A stretch of DNA of 64,000 nt from Thalassobaculaceae bacterium (GCA_965228875.1 OZ245843.1:2407848-2471847), one strand, 5' to 3'. Counted from the first letter of the stretch, positions 11,352-24,156 are shown. Made by a program: numbers and translations. Notes: a model not told the origin generated them from the letters alone.

Positions 11352-11478
11352 GGCTCAACCCTCGTTCTAGATACGGCGATCCCGCCGGCGAAGCGGACCA
11401 GGTCCGGCTGCGACCGACGGGGCTCGTATGCCTGCGGGACCTCGCGGATATCCACGGCCCCGGCGCGCGTTCCGGGCG

Positions 11479-11874
11479 TCAGACCCGACGGCGCTTGCGC
11501 GGCCGGCACCCGTTGTGCGGGATCGGCGTCACGTCCCGGATCGACATCACCTGGAAGCCGACGGACTGCAGCGCCCGCAGGGCCGACTCGCGGCCCGAAC
11601 CCGGCCCGCAAACCTCGACGTCCAGGGTCTTCATGCCGTGTTCCGCCGCCTTGCGACCGGCATCCTCCGCCGCCACCTGGGCGGCGTAGGGGGTCGACTT
11701 ACGCGAGCCCTTAAACCCCATGTGACCGGCCGACGACCAGGAAATGGCATTGCCCTGGGCATCGGTAATGGTGATCATGGTGTTGTTGAACGACGCGTTC
11801 ACATGCGCGACGCCAGAGGTGATGTTCTTCTTTTCGCGGCGGCGAACGCGCGTCTGCGTCGGTTGCTTAGCCAT
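11479..11874 (-). CDS. rpsK: 30S ribosomal protein S11
   Basis: [32 protein letters not shown]. Confidence 0.99.
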   Translation of the reverse strand: MAKQPTQTRVRRREKKNITSGVAHVNASFNNTMITITDAQGNAISWSSAGHMGFKGSRKSTPYAAQVAAEDAGRKAAEHGMKTLDVEVCGPGSGRESALRALQSVGFQVMSIRDVTPIPHNGCRPRKRRRV

Positions 11875-11949
11875 CGTCTTCCGTCTCCTGATACGCCCCG
11901 GGGCCGGCCTTCCGTAGGAGGGAGCCTGCGGGTACCGCTCCTAGGGTCG

Positions 11950-12318
11950 TTACTTCTTCTTGCCGGCGATCGGCTTCGCCGGGCCCTTGCGGGTCCGTGC
12001 GTTCGTGTGGGTGCGCTGGCCGCGGACCGGAAGGCCCTTGCGGTGACGCAGACCGCGGTAGCAGCCGAGGTCCATGAGCCGCTTGATGCTCATCGACGTC
12101 TGGCGACGCAGGTCACCCTCGACGACCAGGTCGCTGTCGATGGTCTCGCGCAGCCGCGACAGCTCGTCCTCGGTCATCTCGTGAACCCGACGCTCGGCAG
12201 GGATGCCGACCTGGGCACAGATGCGACCGGCGGTCGTCTGCCCGATGCCGTGAATGTAGGTCAACGCGACAACGACGCGTTTTTGCGTCGGGATGTTCAC
12301 ACCAGCGATGCGCGCCAC
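11950..12318 (-). CDS. rpsM: 30S ribosomal protein S13
   Basis: (V)[39 protein letters not shown] start at 12318. Confidence 0.98.
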   Translation of the reverse strand: MARIAGVNIPTQKRVVVALTYIHGIGQTTAGRICAQVGIPAERRVHEMTEDELSRLRETIDSDLVVEGDLRRQTSMSIKRLMDLGCYRGLRHRKGLPVRGQRTHTNARTRKGPAKPIAGKKK

Positions 12319-12430
12319 GCCTATTCTCCTCACTCAAGTTCGGGGCGGTCCAAACACCAAACGCGCCCCGCACAAGGAACCCTTGGCTCCTCGTCGGCCC
12401 GCGCAAGACATCCGCTAATCAGGGGCGCGG

Positions 12431-12458
12431 AGTATAGTCACGCTTGGACCGAAGTCAA
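12431..12458 (-). promoter_or_regulatory. Putative sigma70 promoter of the alpha operon (rpsM)
   Basis: TTGACT-16 nt-TATACT followed by GC-rich CCGCGCCCC. Confidence 0.7.
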
Positions 12459-12517
12459 TCTCTGAAACCCATTCCGACGGCCCTCGCGTCAGTCGGATTT
12501 ACGCTCAATCGTACAGT

Positions 12518-13081
12518 TCAGGCGGCCAGGGTCTTCTCCAGGTCCGCCGTGACCTCATCCATCGACTGCATCCCGTCGATGGTCTTCAACGCACCCTTCC
12601 CCTGGTAGTGGGGAATGATCGGCGCGGTCTGATCGCGGTAGACATCCATGCGCTTGCGCAGGGTCTCCTCGTTGTCGTCGCTGCGCCCCTCTTCGGCGGC
12701 GCGCTTGAGGATCCGGTCGATCATCCGATCCTCGTCGACCTTGAACTCGATCACGTGGTCGATCTTCAGCCCCTTGGACGCAAGCATCGAATCCAACGCT
12801 TCGGCCTGTGCGACGTTCCGCGGAAAGCCGTCTAGGATGAACCCCCTGGCGCAGTCCGGCTGATCGACCCGCTCGGAGATCATCCGGACCATGATGTCGT
12901 CGGACACGAGCTGGCCCGCATCCATGACCGCCTTGGCTTCCTTGCCGATGTCCGAACCCGAGGCGACAGCCGCCCGCAGCATGTCACCCGTCGACAACTG
13001 CTTGACGCCGAACTTCTCTTCCAGGCGCTTGGCCTGGGTGCCCTTGCCGGCCCCCGGCGGGCCCAAAAGGATCAGGTTCAT
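12518..13081 (-). CDS. adk: Adenylate kinase (short form without LID domain)
   Basis: [25 protein letters not shown]; only [10 protein letters not shown] between the catalytic arginines; 187 aa. Confidence 0.97.
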   Translation of the reverse strand: MNLILLGPPGAGKGTQAKRLEEKFGVKQLSTGDMLRAAVASGSDIGKEAKAVMDAGQLVSDDIMVRMISERVDQPDCARGFILDGFPRNVAQAEALDSMLASKGLKIDHVIEFKVDEDRMIDRILKRAAEEGRSDDNEETLRKRMDVYRDQTAPIIPHYQGKGALKTIDGMQSMDEVTADLEKTLAA

Positions 13082-14427
13082 CCTCGTCTCCCCCGGATCT
13101 TCGACTTCTTGATCAGTCCCTCATACTGGTGCGCCAGGAGATGGGACTGAATCTGGGTCACCGTGTCCATGGTAACCGTGCAGACGATCAGCAGGCTGGT
13201 CCCGCCGAAATAGAACGGCACGGAATACTGGCTGATCAGAATTTCCGGCAGCACGCAAACGAAGGCCAGATAGGCGGCGCCGATCACCGTGAGGCGCGTG
13301 AGCACGAAATCGAGATAGTCGGCGGTGTTCTTGCCCGGCCGGATGCCCGGCACGAACCCGCCGTACTTGCGCAAGTTCTCGGCCGTCTCCTGCGGATTGA
13401 ACACGATCGCGGTGTAGAAGAACGCGAAGAACACGATCAACCCGACATAGAGCGCGATGTAGAGCGGCTGGCCATGCCCGAGCAGCGCCGTAACCTGGGT
13501 CAGCCACTCCGGACCGCCACCGCCCGCGGAGAAGCTGGCGACCGTAATCGGCATGAGCAGAAGCGACGACGCGAAGATCGGCGGAATCACGCCCGAAACG
13601 TTGATCTTAAGCGGCAGGTGCGAGCTCTCGCCGCCCATCATGCGGTTGCCGACCTGTCGCTTCGGATACTGCACCAGGATCCGACGCTGGGATCGCTCGA
13701 TGAAGCAGATGAAGGCAATCACCGCGACCGCCATGACCAGCAGGAACAGGATGATCAGGGTCGGCAGCGCGCCGGTCCGGCCAAGCTCGAAGATGCTGGC
13801 GAGGGCTGACGGCAGGTTGGCCACGATGCCCGAGAAGATGATCAGGGAGATGCCGTTTCCGACGCCCCGGGCGGTGATCTGCTCGCCCAACCACATCAGG
13901 AAGATCGTGCCGCCGACCAGGGTGATGACCGTCGTGGCGCGGAAGAACGCGCCCGGATCGATCACCGCCGACGTGCCGCTGGGACCGGGCAACGACTCCA
14001 GCCCAACTGCAATCCCGTACGCCTGGAAGGTGGCGAGCAGGACTGTCAGGTAGCGGGTATACTGGTTGATCTTCTTACGGCCGACCTCGCCCTCCTTCTT
14101 GAGGGCCTCCAGGTTCGGGCTCACCGCCGTCATCAGCTGCATGATGATGGCCGCCGAGATGTACGGCATGATGTTCAACGCGAAGATCGTCATCCGACCG
14201 AGCGCGCCGCCCGAGAACATGTTGAAGATGTCGAGAACGCCGCCCGACGTCTGCTGGAAGATCTCGTTCAGGATGCCGGGATCAATGCCCGGGACCGGGA
14301 TGTAGGTCCCCAGCCGATAGACGATGAGCGCACCCAGCGTGAACCAGATGCGCTTCTTGAGTTCGGTCGCCTTGCCGAAGGCACCGAAGTTCATCTGCGA
14401 GGCGAATTGGTCGGCACCGGTGGCCAT
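13078..14427 (-). CDS. secY: Preprotein translocase subunit SecY
   Basis: [48 protein letters not shown]. Confidence 0.99.
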   Translation of the reverse strand: MATGADQFASQMNFGAFGKATELKKRIWFTLGALIVYRLGTYIPVPGIDPGILNEIFQQTSGGVLDIFNMFSGGALGRMTIFALNIMPYISAAIIMQLMTAVSPNLEALKKEGEVGRKKINQYTRYLTVLLATFQAYGIAVGLESLPGPSGTSAVIDPGAFFRATTVITLVGGTIFLMWLGEQITARGVGNGISLIIFSGIVANLPSALASIFELGRTGALPTLIILFLLVMAVAVIAFICFIERSQRRILVQYPKRQVGNRMMGGESSHLPLKINVSGVIPPIFASSLLLMPITVASFSAGGGGPEWLTQVTALLGHGQPLYIALYVGLIVFFAFFYTAIVFNPQETAENLRKYGGFVPGIRPGKNTADYLDFVLTRLTVIGAAYLAFVCVLPEILISQYSVPFYFGGTSLLIVCTVTMDTVTQIQSHLLAHQYEGLIKKSKIRGRRG

Positions 14428-14496
14428 GACTGCGTCCTAGCGTCTGAGGCTGAGCCCGCGCCCCGGAGTGCCGGGGCCCGGACGATCAGAAGCGGG

Positions 14497-14985
14497 TTAT
14501 TCCGCCGTCTCTTCCGCCTTCGGGGCAATGCGCGTCGTCACCGACCCGCCCGCCTTCTCGACGGCCGCGACCGCCGCCTTCGACGCGGCAGCCACGGAGA
14601 TCTCCACTTTGGCGGTCAGTTCGCCCTTTGCAAGCAGGCGCACGCCGTCCTTCGCACCGTCGGCCAGGCCGGCCGCCTTCAGGGCGGCCTCGTCGATCGT
14701 CGCGGCGGCGTCGAGCCGGCCGGCGTCGATCGCGGACTGCAGGCGACCGAGGTTCACCACGTCAAAGCGCTTGGTGAAGTTGTAGTTGTTGAAGCCGCGC
14801 TTCGGCAAGCGCCGATAGATCGGCATCTGGCCGCCTTCGAAGCCATTGATGGCCACGCCGCTCCGCGCCTTCTGACCCTTGTGGCCCTTGCCGCTGGTCT
14901 TGCCGAGGCCCGACCCCGTGCCGCGGCCGACGCGCTTGCGCGGCCGGGTCGCGCCCTCGTTGTCTCTCAGCTCGTTCAGTCGCAT
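14497..14985 (-). CDS. rplO: 50S ribosomal protein L15
   Basis: [31 protein letters not shown]. Confidence 0.98.
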   Translation of the reverse strand: MRLNELRDNEGATRPRKRVGRGTGSGLGKTSGKGHKGQKARSGVAINGFEGGQMPIYRRLPKRGFNNYNFTKRFDVVNLGRLQSAIDAGRLDAAATIDEAALKAAGLADGAKDGVRLLAKGELTAKVEISVAAASKAAVAAVEKAGGSVTTRIAPKAEETAE

Positions 14986-15058
14986 CGTTCAGTCCTCGTC
15001 TCGACATCCGGTTCGCCGCGTCGGAGAGGCTCCGACGCCGGCCGTCATCACCGGTTGA

Positions 15059-15250
15059 TTACGCCTGATCGACCACTTCGACCAGATGCTTCACCTTCTC
15101 GATCATGCCCCGCACGGCAGGTGTGTCCTCCAGCGTGCGCTCGCGATTCAGCTTTCCGAGGCCAAGGCCCGTCAGCGTCGCGATCTGATCCTTCTTGCGG
15201 CCGAGACCGCTGCGGACCTGCCGCACGGTGACCGTCGCTTTCGTCGCCAT
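15059..15250 (-). CDS. rpmD: 50S ribosomal protein L30
   Basis: 63 aa, [22 protein letters not shown]; between rpsE and rplO. Confidence 0.95.
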   Translation of the reverse strand: MATKATVTVRQVRSGLGRKKDQIATLTGLGLGKLNRERTLEDTPAVRGMIEKVKHLVEVVDQA

Positions 15251-15274
15251 CTTCCGCCTCCGTCGCTCTGCCGA

Positions 15275-15850
15275 TTACTCGGCGGTGGCAGCGGCTTCCG
15301 CCGCCTCACCCTGGGTGTCGCGGCCGAAGATCTCCGCAACCTTCTTGCCGCGCTTGGCGGCGATGGACCGCGGCGCATGAACGTTGCGCAGCGCCTCGAA
15401 GGTCGCCTTGATCATATTGTGCGGGTTGGAGGTACCGATCGACTTGGCGACCACGTCCTGCACACCCAGCGCCTCGAAGATGGCGCGCATCGGACCGCCG
15501 GCGATGATGCCGGTACCGGCCGGAGCGGCCCGCAGATGCACCCGCCCGGCGCCGAAGCGACCGTTGATGTCGTGGTGCAACGTCCGGCCCTCGCGCAGCG
15601 GCACCCGGATCATCGAGCGCTTGGCCTGCTCGGTCGCCTTGCGGATCGCTTCCGGCACCTCGCGGGCCTTGCCGGCGCCATGGCCGACCCGACCGCGCTG
15701 ATCACCGACGACAACGATCGCCGCGAAGCCGAAGCGCCGGCCGCCCTTGACCACCTTGGCCACGCGGTTGATGCCGACCAGCTTCTCGATGAGATCGCTG
15801 TCTTCACGATCACGATCGCGATTGCGATCCCGCCTGTCCTCACGTGCCAT
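15275..15850 (-). CDS. rpsE: 30S ribosomal protein S5
   Basis: [33 protein letters not shown]. Confidence 0.98.
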   Translation of the reverse strand: MAREDRRDRNRDRDREDSDLIEKLVGINRVAKVVKGGRRFGFAAIVVVGDQRGRVGHGAGKAREVPEAIRKATEQAKRSMIRVPLREGRTLHHDINGRFGAGRVHLRAAPAGTGIIAGGPMRAIFEALGVQDVVAKSIGTSNPHNMIKATFEALRNVHAPRSIAAKRGKKVAEIFGRDTQGEAAEAAATAE

Positions 15851-15863
15851 GTCTTGGCCCCTC

Positions 15864-16226
15864 TTAGAACTTCAGACCGGCTTCGCGCGCCGCATCCGCA
15901 AGCGCCTTCACCCGGCCGTGATAGATGTAGCCGCCGCGGTCGAACACCACGTCGCTCAGCCCCTTCTCGATGGCCCGCGTCGCCACGAGCTTGCCGACCG
16001 CTTCCGCCGCCGCCTTGTCGGCGCCGGTCTTCAGCGAGGACTTGAGCTCCTTATCGAGCGTCGAGGCCGAAGCCAGCGTCACGCCCGCAGTGTCGTCGAT
16101 GACCTGGGCATAGATATGCTTGGACGAGCGGAACACCGACAGTCGCGGCCGCCCACCCGCCTTGCGGCGCAGCTGCGTACGGCTGCGCATCTGGCGGCGC
16201 TTGAACAGATCCTTGGACGAAAGCAT
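15864..16226 (-). CDS. rplR: 50S ribosomal protein L18
   Basis: [31 protein letters not shown]. Confidence 0.98.
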   Translation of the reverse strand: MLSSKDLFKRRQMRSRTQLRRKAGGRPRLSVFRSSKHIYAQVIDDTAGVTLASASTLDKELKSSLKTGADKAAAEAVGKLVATRAIEKGLSDVVFDRGGYIYHGRVKALADAAREAGLKF

Positions 16227-16236
16227 CGCCGAACTC

Positions 16237-16770
16237 CTACTTCTTCTTACCTTCCTTACGAAGGATGGTCTCGGTCGCGTACTTGACGCCCTTGCCCTTG
16301 AACGGCTCCGGCGGACGGAAGGCCCGGATCTCGGCGGCGAGCTGCCCCACCACCTGCTTGTCCGAGCCGCTGATCGCGATAGCCGTCGGGCGCTCGCACT
16401 TCATGGTGATCCCGTCGGGGATCGGGAAGCGCACCGGATGGCTGAAGCCCAGCGCAAGCACCAGGTCGTTGCCTTCGACCGCGGCGCGGTAACCGACGCC
16501 GTTGATCTCCAGGTTGACCGTGAAGCCCTCGGACACGCCGGTGACGATGTTGTTCACCAGCGCCCGGGTGGTGCCCCACATGGCGCGCGCCTTCTTGGTC
16601 TCGCGCTTCGGCGTGACCTTGATGACATTGCCTTCCTGGACGACATCGATCTCCGACGAGATCGGCGCGGAAAGCTCACCGAGCTTGCCCTTCGCCTTGA
16701 TCGCATCGTTGGCGATCTCGACCGTCACCCCGTCCGGTACGGTGACCGGGTATTTACCGACACGTGACAT
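16237..16770 (-). CDS. rplF: 50S ribosomal protein L6
   Basis: [22 protein letters not shown]. Confidence 0.98.
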   Translation of the reverse strand: MSRVGKYPVTVPDGVTVEIANDAIKAKGKLGELSAPISSEIDVVQEGNVIKVTPKRETKKARAMWGTTRALVNNIVTGVSEGFTVNLEINGVGYRAAVEGNDLVLALGFSHPVRFPIPDGITMKCERPTAIAISGSDKQVVGQLAAEIRAFRPPEPFKGKGVKYATETILRKEGKKK

Positions 16771-16782
16771 CGTTGCCTCCGA

Positions 16783-17181
16783 TCAGAATACCTGGCACAG
16801 GACTTCGCCGCCGACATTGGCCGCCCGGGCCTCGTTGTCGGACATGACGCCCCGCGGGGTCGACAGGATCGCGATCCCCAGACCGTTGTAGACGCGCGGA
16901 AGATCCTTGATCTTCGAGTACACCCGCCGACCCGGCGTGGAGACCCGATGGATCTCCTTGATCACCGGCTCGCCCTCGGCGTACTTCAGCTCGATCTTGA
17001 TCTCGGCAACACCGGCACGGACATCGTCCTGCGTGAAGCCCCGGATATAACCCTCGCGCTGCAGCACTTCGAGCACGTTCTTCCGCAGACGCGACGCCGG
17101 GCTAACGACGACCGACTTGCGCGCGCTCTGACCGTTGCGGATGCGGGTCAGCATATCCCCGAGAGGATCGCTCATCGACAT
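16783..17181 (-). CDS. rpsH: 30S ribosomal protein S8
   Basis: [37 protein letters not shown]. Confidence 0.98.
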   Translation of the reverse strand: MSMSDPLGDMLTRIRNGQSARKSVVVSPASRLRKNVLEVLQREGYIRGFTQDDVRAGVAEIKIELKYAEGEPVIKEIHRVSTPGRRVYSKIKDLPRVYNGLGIAILSTPRGVMSDNEARAANVGGEVLCQVF

Positions 17182-17196
17182 TTGCCGACCTCCCTC

Positions 17197-17502
17197 TTAC
17201 CAGCTCGACTTGACCACACCGGGGATCTGGCCCGTAGAGCCGAGATCCCGCAGCGCGATGCGCGAGAGCTTGAACTTGCGATAGACGCCGCGCGGGCGCC
17301 CGGTGAGTTCGCAGCGGTTGCGAATGCGTTCCTTCGCACCGTTCTTCGGAAGCTTCTGCAGCTTCAGCTGCGCGGCGAAACGTTCCTCGATCGGCAGCGA
17401 CCGGTCCATCGCGATGGCCTTGAGACGGGCGCGCCTGGCACCCTGCTGGCCGTTCAGCTTGCGACGGGCGTTGTTCTTCTCAACAGCGCTCTTCTTAGCC
17501 AT
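17197..17502 (-). CDS. rpsN: 30S ribosomal protein S14 (long, zinc-independent form)
   Basis: [26 protein letters not shown]; 101 aa. Confidence 0.98.
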   Translation of the reverse strand: MAKKSAVEKNNARRKLNGQQGARRARLKAIAMDRSLPIEERFAAQLKLQKLPKNGAKERIRNRCELTGRPRGVYRKFKLSRIALRDLGSTGQIPGVVKSSW

Positions 17503-17520
17503 GTCGTCCTCCGACCTCGA

Positions 17521-18060
17521 TCAATTGACGAACGGAAACTGGAAGCGCTTGAGCAGTTCGCGCGCCTCGTCGTCCGTCTTCGCCGTGGTCACCACGATGA
17601 TGTCCATGCCCCGAACGGTGTCGACCTTGTCGTAGTCGATCTCCGGAAACACGATCTGCTCTTTCACGCCCATGGAGTAGTTTCCACGGCCGTCGAAGCT
17701 CTTCGGGCTCAACCCGCGGAAATCACGCACCCGGGGCAGCGCGATGTTCACCAGGCGATCCAGAAACTCGTACATGCGGTCGCGCCGCAGCGTCACCTTG
17801 ACACCGATCGGCATGCCCTCACGCAGCTTGAAGCCGGCGATCGACTTCTTCGCCCGCGTCACCACCGGCTTCTGACCGGCGATACGGGTCATGTCGTCGA
17901 GGGCCGCCTGAATCTTCTTGCTGTCGCCGACCGCCTCGCCGACGCCCATGTTCAGGACGACCTTCTCGATCTCCGGGACCTCGTGCACGTTCTTGTAATC
18001 GAACGCGGACTTCATCTCCGGACGGATCGTCTTGGTGTATTCCTCGTACAATCGAGCCAT
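17521..18060 (-). CDS. rplE: 50S ribosomal protein L5
   Basis: [36 protein letters not shown]. Confidence 0.98.
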   Translation of the reverse strand: MARLYEEYTKTIRPEMKSAFDYKNVHEVPEIEKVVLNMGVGEAVGDSKKIQAALDDMTRIAGQKPVVTRAKKSIAGFKLREGMPIGVKVTLRRDRMYEFLDRLVNIALPRVRDFRGLSPKSFDGRGNYSMGVKEQIVFPEIDYDKVDTVRGMDIIVVTTAKTDDEARELLKRFQFPFVN

Positions 18061-18082
18061 CTTGCGTTACCTCGTCCCCGGT

Positions 18083-18397
18083 TCAGGCGTCGATCGATTC
18101 GCCGGAGCGCTTGGCGACACGAACCTTCTTGCCGTCGCGCTCCTCGAACCGGACACGGGTCGCCTCACCCGACTTAGGATCCACGTGCATCACATTCGAC
18201 AGATGCAACGGCGCCTCGCGCTCGACGATCCCGCCCTGGCTGGTCTGGGTCGGACGCTGATGGCGCTTGATCATGTTCACACCCTGCACGACCACACGGC
18301 TCTCGTCCGGGATCACGCGCAGAACATCGCCCTGCTTGCCCTTGTCGCGACCGGTGGTGACAATCACCTTGTCGCCCTTCTTCACACGCGCGGCCAT
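18083..18397 (-). CDS. rplX: 50S ribosomal protein L24
   Basis: KOW motif [30 protein letters not shown] overlap with rplN. Confidence 0.97.
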   Translation of the reverse strand: MAARVKKGDKVIVTTGRDKGKQGDVLRVIPDESRVVVQGVNMIKRHQRPTQTSQGGIVEREAPLHLSNVMHVDPKSGEATRVRFEERDGKKVRVAKRSGESIDA

Positions 18398-18765
18398 CAC
18401 AGCACCTCCGGGGCGAGCGAAATGATCTTCATGAACCGCTTGGCACGCAGCTCACGGGTCACCGGGCCGAAGATACGCGTACCGATCGGCTCGCCCTGCT
18501 TGTTGATGAGCACGGCGGCATTGGTGTCGAAGCGGATCGCGGTGCCATCCTGACGGCGGATCTCCTTGGCGGTGCGAACGATGACGGCGCGGTGCACGTC
18601 ACCCTTCTTCACGCGGCCCCGCGGGATCGCCTCCTTGACGGAGACCACGATGACATCGCCGACCGACGCAACCTTGCGCTTCGAGCCGCCGAGCACCTTG
18701 ATGCACTGCACCCGTCGAGCGCCGGAATTGTCCGCGACGTCGAGGTTCGTCTGCATCTGAATCAT
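18397..18765 (-). CDS. rplN: 50S ribosomal protein L14
   Basis: [33 protein letters not shown]. Confidence 0.98.
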   Translation of the reverse strand: MIQMQTNLDVADNSGARRVQCIKVLGGSKRKVASVGDVIVVSVKEAIPRGRVKKGDVHRAVIVRTAKEIRRQDGTAIRFDTNAAVLINKQGEPIGTRIFGPVTRELRAKRFMKIISLAPEVL

Positions 18766-18787
18766 GACCTGTCCTCCTAGGCCCGGG

Positions 18788-19033
18788 TCACGCGCTGGCC
18801 GCGTCGTCATAGACGACAGCGAACCGCTTGTTTTTCGAAATCGGCGCGCACTCGATGATGCGAACCGAATCGCCTTGCTTGAAGCGATTCTCCGGATCGT
18901 GCGCCGAGAACCGCTTCGAGCGGGTGATGAACTTCTTGTAGAGCGGGTGCATGACCCGCCGCTGGACGTTCACGACCACCGTCTTGTCGCCCTTGTCGCT
19001 GACGACGGTGCCCTGAAGAACACGCCTCGGCAT
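18788..19033 (-). CDS. rpsQ: 30S ribosomal protein S17
   Basis: [30 protein letters not shown]. Confidence 0.97.
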   Translation of the reverse strand: MPRRVLQGTVVSDKGDKTVVVNVQRRVMHPLYKKFITRSKRFSAHDPENRFKQGDSVRIIECAPISKNKRFAVVYDDAASA

Positions 19034-19062
19034 TGCTTTCTCCTAACCCCTTGACCGGCGCT

Positions 19063-19275
19063 TCAGGCCGAAGCTCCGGACCGGGCCTTCTCGCCCATGA
19101 TCGTCTTTACCTGCGCGATCTCGCGCCGGACCTGGCGCATGCGATCGGAATTCTCGAGCTGACCGTTGGCACGCTGGAAACGCAGATTGAACGCCTCCTT
19201 GCGGAGCTGCAGCAGCTGGTCCTTCAACTGATCCGGCGACTTCGTCCGGAGATCCTCGGCAACCTTGTTGGCCAT
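19063..19275 (-). CDS. rpmC: 50S ribosomal protein L29
   Basis: [22 protein letters not shown]. Confidence 0.96.
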   Translation of the reverse strand: MANKVAEDLRTKSPDQLKDQLLQLRKEAFNLRFQRANGQLENSDRMRQVRREIAQVKTIMGEKARSGASA

Positions 19276-19294
19276 CCTTGCGTCCTCCTCCGGC

Positions 19295-19708
19295 TCACTC
19301 GCCCAGACGGGTCACGAACCGGGTGTCGACCGGCAGTTTCATCGCCGCGAGGCGGAACGCCTCCTCGGCCAAATCCTTCGGCACGCCGTCGAGCTCGAAC
19401 ATGATCCGGCCAGGCTTCACCCGGCAGACCCAAAACTCGGGCGAACCCTTACCCTTACCCATGCGGACCTCGGCGGGCTTGCTCGACACCGGCACGTCCG
19501 GGAAGATCCGGATCCACACGCGTCCGGCGCGGCGGATGTGACGGGTGATCGCACGACGGGCCGCCTCGATCTGGCGGGCGGTCACGCGCGCCGGCGTCGT
19601 CGCCTTCAGGCCGTAGGCGCCGAAGTTCAGGGCCGTACCGCCCTTGGCGAGGCCATGGATACGGCCCTTATGGGCCTTACGGAACTTGGTGCGCTTCGGG
19701 GACAGCAT
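19295..19708 (-). CDS. rplP: 50S ribosomal protein L16
   Basis: [27 protein letters not shown]. Confidence 0.98.
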   Translation of the reverse strand: MLSPKRTKFRKAHKGRIHGLAKGGTALNFGAYGLKATTPARVTARQIEAARRAITRHIRRAGRVWIRIFPDVPVSSKPAEVRMGKGKGSPEFWVCRVKPGRIMFELDGVPKDLAEEAFRLAAMKLPVDTRFVTRLGE

Positions 19709-19732
19709 CGCTCTTCTCCTCTCGGCTCACGC

Positions 19733-20425
19733 TCAGCGACGGTCGCCGCCGGAACCCGGCTGCTGCTCGGCGAGGCGCTTGTCCTGCGCCATCGGGTCGT
19801 GGGCCATGATTTCGCCCTTGAACACCCACACCTTCACGCCGCAGGCGCCGTAGGTCGTGAAACCGGTGGCTTCGCCATAGTCGATATCGGCGCGCAACGT
19901 GTGCAGCGGAACCCGGCCCTCGCGATACCATTCGGTCCGCGCGATCTCGGCGCCACCGAGGCGGCCGCCGCAGTTGATCCGGATGCCCAGCGCGCCAAGG
20001 CGCATCGCCGACTGGACGGCCCGCTTCATCGCGCGGCGGAACGCGACGCGGCGCTCCAGCTGCTGGGCGATGTTCTCGGCGACCAGCTTGGCGTCGATCT
20101 CCGGCTTGCGGATCTCGACGATGTTCAGCGCCACATCGGTCCCGGTCATCTTCGAGAGATCCTGGCGGAGCTTCTCGATGTCCGAGCCCTTCTTGCCGAT
20201 CACGACACCCGGACGCGCGGAGTAGATGGTGATGCGCGCGCGCTTCGCCGGCCGCTCGATCACGATCCGGCTCACACCGGCCTGACGCAGGCGCTTCGTC
20301 AGATAGCTGCGCAGCTTGATGTCCTGGTGCAGCAGATCCGCGTAGCCCTTGCCCGCGAACCAGCGCGAGTCCCAGGTGCGGTTGATGCCGAGCCGCAGCC
20401 CGATCGGATTGACCTTGTTACCCAT
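19733..20425 (-). CDS. rpsC: 30S ribosomal protein S3
   Basis: [37 protein letters not shown]. Confidence 0.98.
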   Translation of the reverse strand: MGNKVNPIGLRLGINRTWDSRWFAGKGYADLLHQDIKLRSYLTKRLRQAGVSRIVIERPAKRARITIYSARPGVVIGKKGSDIEKLRQDLSKMTGTDVALNIVEIRKPEIDAKLVAENIAQQLERRVAFRRAMKRAVQSAMRLGALGIRINCGGRLGGAEIARTEWYREGRVPLHTLRADIDYGEATGFTTYGACGVKVWVFKGEIMAHDPMAQDKRLAEQQPGSGGDRR

Positions 20426-20805
20426 CAGTCCTGCTCCTCGCGCTCGCGCACGACCACGGTAATGTGGGCGAACGGCTTCTCGATCTTGCCGACCCGACCA
20501 CGGGCCCGCGGACGGAAGCGCTTCATCTTGAAGCTCTTGCCGACATAGGCCTCCTTGACGAAGAGCCGGTCGACATCGAGCTGGTGGTTGTTCTCGGCGT
20601 TGGCGATCGCCGATTCCAGCACCTTCTTCACGTCGCGCGCGATACGTCGCTTCGAGAAGGTCAGGGTGGCCAGCGCCTTGTCCGCACGCTGACCGCGGAT
20701 CATCTGCGCGACCAGGTTCAGCTTCTGCGGGCTGATGCGCAGATTGCGCAGCTCAGCCTTCGCCTCCGTATCGTCAAGTCGCCGTTCGGCAGCCTGCTTG
20801 CCCAT
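20425..20805 (-). CDS. rplV: 50S ribosomal protein L22
   Basis: [26 protein letters not shown]. Confidence 0.97.
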   Translation of the reverse strand: MGKQAAERRLDDTEAKAELRNLRISPQKLNLVAQMIRGQRADKALATLTFSKRRIARDVKKVLESAIANAENNHQLDVDRLFVKEAYVGKSFKMKRFRPRARGRVGKIEKPFAHITVVVREREEQD

Positions 20806-20823
20806 TGCCTGCTCCTCTCAGCC

Positions 20824-21099
20824 TTAGCGGCGAGACTTCTTGTCGGCCATGTGGCCGTAATAGGTACGGGTCGGCGCGAACTCGCCGAACTTGTGCCCGA
20901 CCATGTTCTCGCTGACGAGAACCGGGACGAACTTCTGGCCGTTGTGCACGCCGAATGTCAGGCCGACGAATTGCGGCATGATCGTCGAGCGCCGCGACCA
21001 GGTCTTGATGACCTCGTTGCGGCCGGACTCGCGCGACTTCTCGGCCTTCTTCAGCAGGTAGCCGTCGACGAACGGTCCCTTCCAAACGGATCGAGCCAC
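20824..21099 (-). CDS. rpsS: 30S ribosomal protein S19
   Basis: (V)[34 protein letters not shown] start at 21099. Confidence 0.97.
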   Translation of the reverse strand: MARSVWKGPFVDGYLLKKAEKSRESGRNEVIKTWSRRSTIMPQFVGLTFGVHNGQKFVPVLVSENMVGHKFGEFAPTRTYYGHMADKKSRR

Positions 21100-21110
21100 C
21101 GAACTTCTCC

Positions 21111-21935
21111 TTACTTCCGGCGCCGGCGAACGATCAACTTGTCGGTCGCCTTGTTGTTGCGCGTCTTCTTGCCCTTGGTCGGCTTGCCCCACGGGGTGAC
21201 CGGATGACGGCCGCCCGAGGTCCGGCCTTCACCACCACCATGCGGGTGATCGACCGGGTTCATGGCCACGCCCCGCACCGACGGGCGTTTGCCCAGCCAG
21301 CGGTTGCGACCGGCCTTGCCGATATTGATGTTCTGCTGGTCCGGGTTCGACACCGCGCCAACCGTCGCCATGCACTCGGCCCGGACCATTCGCACCTCGC
21401 CGGAGGCGAGACGCAGCAGAGCGTAACCGGAATCGCGGCCGACAATCTGAACGTAGGTGCCGGCGGAACGGGCCATCTGGCCACCCTTGCCCGGCTTCAT
21501 CTCGACGTTGTGCACGATCGTACCGACCGGGATCGAGCGCAGCGGCATGGCATTGCCCGGCTTCACGTCGACCCGCTCTCCGGCGATCACCTTGTCACCG
21601 ACACCCAGCCGCTGAGGCGCCAGGATATAGGCCTGGTCGCCGTCCTCGTAGGTGATCAGCGCGATGAACGCCGTGCGGTTCGGATCATACTCCAGGCGTT
21701 CCACCGTGCCGACGACGTCGAACTTGGTCCGCTTGAAATCGACGATCCGGTAGGTCCGCTTGTGCCCGCCGCCGCGACGACGCGCCGTGACGCGACCCGT
21801 ATTGTTGCGACCGGCCTTCTTCGTCAAGCCCTCAGTGAGCTTCTTGACCGGCTTGCCGGACCACAGCTCGGAGCGGTCGACGATGACCAGCTGGCGCTGC
21901 GACGGCGTGGTCGGATTGAAGGACTTCAAAGCCAT
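21111..21935 (-). CDS. rplB: 50S ribosomal protein L2
   Basis: [31 protein letters not shown]. Confidence 0.99.
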   Translation of the reverse strand: MALKSFNPTTPSQRQLVIVDRSELWSGKPVKKLTEGLTKKAGRNNTGRVTARRRGGGHKRTYRIVDFKRTKFDVVGTVERLEYDPNRTAFIALITYEDGDQAYILAPQRLGVGDKVIAGERVDVKPGNAMPLRSIPVGTIVHNVEMKPGKGGQMARSAGTYVQIVGRDSGYALLRLASGEVRMVRAECMATVGAVSNPDQQNINIGKAGRNRWLGKRPSVRGVAMNPVDHPHGGGEGRTSGGRHPVTPWGKPTKGKKTRNNKATDKLIVRRRRK

Positions 21936-21939
21936 GGGA

Positions 21940-22269
21940 TCACACCCCCGCCATCAGGTCGATCGTCTGGCCCTCGGCAAGCGTGACGACGGCCTTCTTG
22001 TAGTCGGAACGACGGCCCGGACGGCCCCGGAACCGCTTGGTCTTGCCTTTGACCAGAATCGTGTTCACCGCGGACACCTTGACGTCGAACAGGCGCTCGA
22101 TGGCCTGCTTGATCTCCGGCTTCGCGGCGTTGACCGGAACCTCGAAGGTCACCTGGCCGAACTCCGACCCGCGGGTCGACTTCTCGGTCACGATCGGACG
22201 GCGGATCAGCTCATAAGCCCGCTCGTCGCTTACCTTGCCCGCCTTGGGCTTGTAGGGACGAATGCTCAT
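21940..22269 (-). CDS. rplW: 50S ribosomal protein L23
   Basis: [29 protein letters not shown]. Confidence 0.96.
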   Translation of the reverse strand: MSIRPYKPKAGKVSDERAYELIRRPIVTEKSTRGSEFGQVTFEVPVNAAKPEIKQAIERLFDVKVSAVNTILVKGKTKRFRGRPGRRSDYKKAVVTLAEGQTIDLMAGV

Positions 22270-22886
22270 TTCAGGCGCGCCTCCAGCTGCTCAACCGCGC
22301 CCTTGGTGAGAACCAGGGTGTCGCGACGGAGAATGTCGTAGACGTTGGCGCCCTGCTGCGGGAGCAGATCCACCAGCGGGATGTTGCGCGCGGCCCGGGC
22401 AAAGTTCTCGTTCACCGCATCGCCGTCGATCAGCAGCACCGACGACCAGCCAAGCTTCTTGAACTTCGCGGCCAGCGCCTTCGTCTTCGGCTCGGCGGCG
22501 GTCGCCTCGTCGATGATGATCAACTGGCCGGCTTTCGCCTTCGCCGACAGCGCCGTCTTCAGACCGAGCTTGCGGAACTTCTTCGTCAGATCGTGCGCGT
22601 GATCGCGGACAGTCGGGCCGTGCACGGTCTGGCCGCCCCGGAACTGCGTGGCGCGCGTCGAGCCCTGACGGGCACGACCCGTGCCCTTCTGACGGAACGG
22701 CTTCTTGGTCGTTCCGGAGATCTCGGAGATCGTCTTTACCTTGTGGTTGCCGCCGCGCCGCTTGGCCAACTGCCAGTTCACCATGCGGGACAGCACGTCC
22801 TGGCGCGGATCGAGACCGAAGATCGCATCGTCGAGATCGATCTCCCCCGTCTTCTCCGCGTCGAGGTTTGTGACGTCAATCTTCAT
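22266..22886 (-). CDS. rplD: 50S ribosomal protein L4
   Basis: [19 protein letters not shown]; start MKIDVT at 22886. Confidence 0.97.
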   Translation of the reverse strand: MKIDVTNLDAEKTGEIDLDDAIFGLDPRQDVLSRMVNWQLAKRRGGNHKVKTISEISGTTKKPFRQKGTGRARQGSTRATQFRGGQTVHGPTVRDHAHDLTKKFRKLGLKTALSAKAKAGQLIIIDEATAAEPKTKALAAKFKKLGWSSVLLIDGDAVNENFARAARNIPLVDLLPQQGANVYDILRRDTLVLTKGAVEQLEARLK

Positions 22887-22890
22887 GACC

Positions 22891-23715
22891 TCAGTCCTTC
22901 TTCTCGGCGTCGTCGGCCGGCGCGTCCGGAACGCTCGCGCCCTCGGCCGCGGTCGGATCGGCGGCATCGCCCATCGCCTCGGATGCCTGCTCGAGCAGGG
23001 CGGCACCGGCCTCCTCGTCGCTCGCGGGCGCCTCGGCGGCGGCTTCCTTCAATGCGGCCGGGAAAGGCGCGCCTTCGGGCATACCCGCCTTGACCGCGTC
23101 GCGGATCAGCACCCAACCACCGTCGGAGCCCGGAACGGCGCCACGGACGAGGATAAGGCCACGGGCCGAGTCGGTCGCGACCACCGTCAGGTTCTGCGTG
23201 GTGACGCGCTCATCGCCCATGTGGCCGGCCATCTTCTTACCCTTGAAGACGCGGCCCGGATCCTGGTTGTTACCGGTGGAACCGTGCGAGCGGTGCGACA
23301 GCGACACGCCGTGCGAGGCGCGCAGGCCACCGAAATTATGCCGCTTCATGACGCCGGCGAAGCCTTTACCGATCGACGTCCCGGTGACATCGACCTTCTG
23401 ACCGGCGATGAAGTGGTCGGCCGAAAGCTCGGCGCCGACGTCGACCATCGCGTCGGCGGTCACGCGGAACTCGGCGACCTTGCGCTTCGGCTCGACCTTC
23501 GCCTTGGCGAAGTGGCCGCGCATCGGCTGTGTGGTGCGCTTGACCTTGCGTGCACCGGCGCCGAGCTGCAGCGCGGTGTATCCGTCCTTGTCCTCGGTCC
23601 GCTGGGCGACGACCTGACAGCCATCGACCTTCAGCACGGTTACCGGAACGTGCGCACCTTCCTCGGTGAACACGCGGGTCATACCGACCTTCTGAGCGAT
23701 CAATCCCGAACGCAT
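22891..23715 (-). CDS. rplC: 50S ribosomal protein L3 with acidic C-terminal extension
   Basis: [47 protein letters not shown]. Confidence 0.98.
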   Translation of the reverse strand: MRSGLIAQKVGMTRVFTEEGAHVPVTVLKVDGCQVVAQRTEDKDGYTALQLGAGARKVKRTTQPMRGHFAKAKVEPKRKVAEFRVTADAMVDVGAELSADHFIAGQKVDVTGTSIGKGFAGVMKRHNFGGLRASHGVSLSHRSHGSTGNNQDPGRVFKGKKMAGHMGDERVTTQNLTVVATDSARGLILVRGAVPGSDGGWVLIRDAVKAGMPEGAPFPAALKEAAAEAPASDEEAGAALLEQASEAMGDAADPTAAEGASVPDAPADDAEKKD

Positions 23716-23727
23716 CGTCCCGCCCCC

Positions 23728-24036
23728 TTAGAGCTTGATCTCGACGTCGACACCGGAGGCCAGGTCGAGCTTCATCAGCGCGTCCACGGTCTGCGGCGTC
23801 GGATCGACGATATCGAGAACCCGCTTGTGCGTGCGGATCTCGAACTGCTCCCGACTTTTCTTGTCGACGTGCGGTCCGCGCAGCACGGTGAACCGCTCGA
23901 TCCGGGTCGGGAGCGGAATGGGACCCCGCACGCGCGCGCCTGTGCGCTTGGCGGTATTCACGATTTCACCGGTCGACTGATCGAGGACCCGGTGATCGAA
24001 CGCCTTCAGGCGGATGCGGATGTTTTGACTGTCCAT
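23728..24036 (-). CDS. rpsJ: 30S ribosomal protein S10
   Basis: [34 protein letters not shown]. Confidence 0.98.
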   Translation of the reverse strand: MDSQNIRIRLKAFDHRVLDQSTGEIVNTAKRTGARVRGPIPLPTRIERFTVLRGPHVDKKSREQFEIRTHKRVLDIVDPTPQTVDALMKLDLASGVDVEIKL

Positions 24037-24119
24037 CTTTCCGCTACTCTCAACCTCGTTGGCCTGACGGCCGTTATCGCCGCACGCACGCCCGGATCTA
24101 TCCGGCGGTCGCACAGAAC

Positions 24120-24156
24120 AAAAAAGCGGAGGCGCACTATTCTCTGCGCGTCCACC
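24120..24156 (-). terminator. Terminator/attenuator-like hairpin inside the rpsJ 5' leader
   Basis: Minus strand GGTGGACGCGCA-gagaatag-TGCGCCTCCGCT followed by a T run. Confidence 0.5.

Noticed and set aside
12319..13081. Absence of rpmJ/infA/map between secY and rpsM
   Set aside because: secY-adk-rpsM is the usual alphaproteobacterial order.
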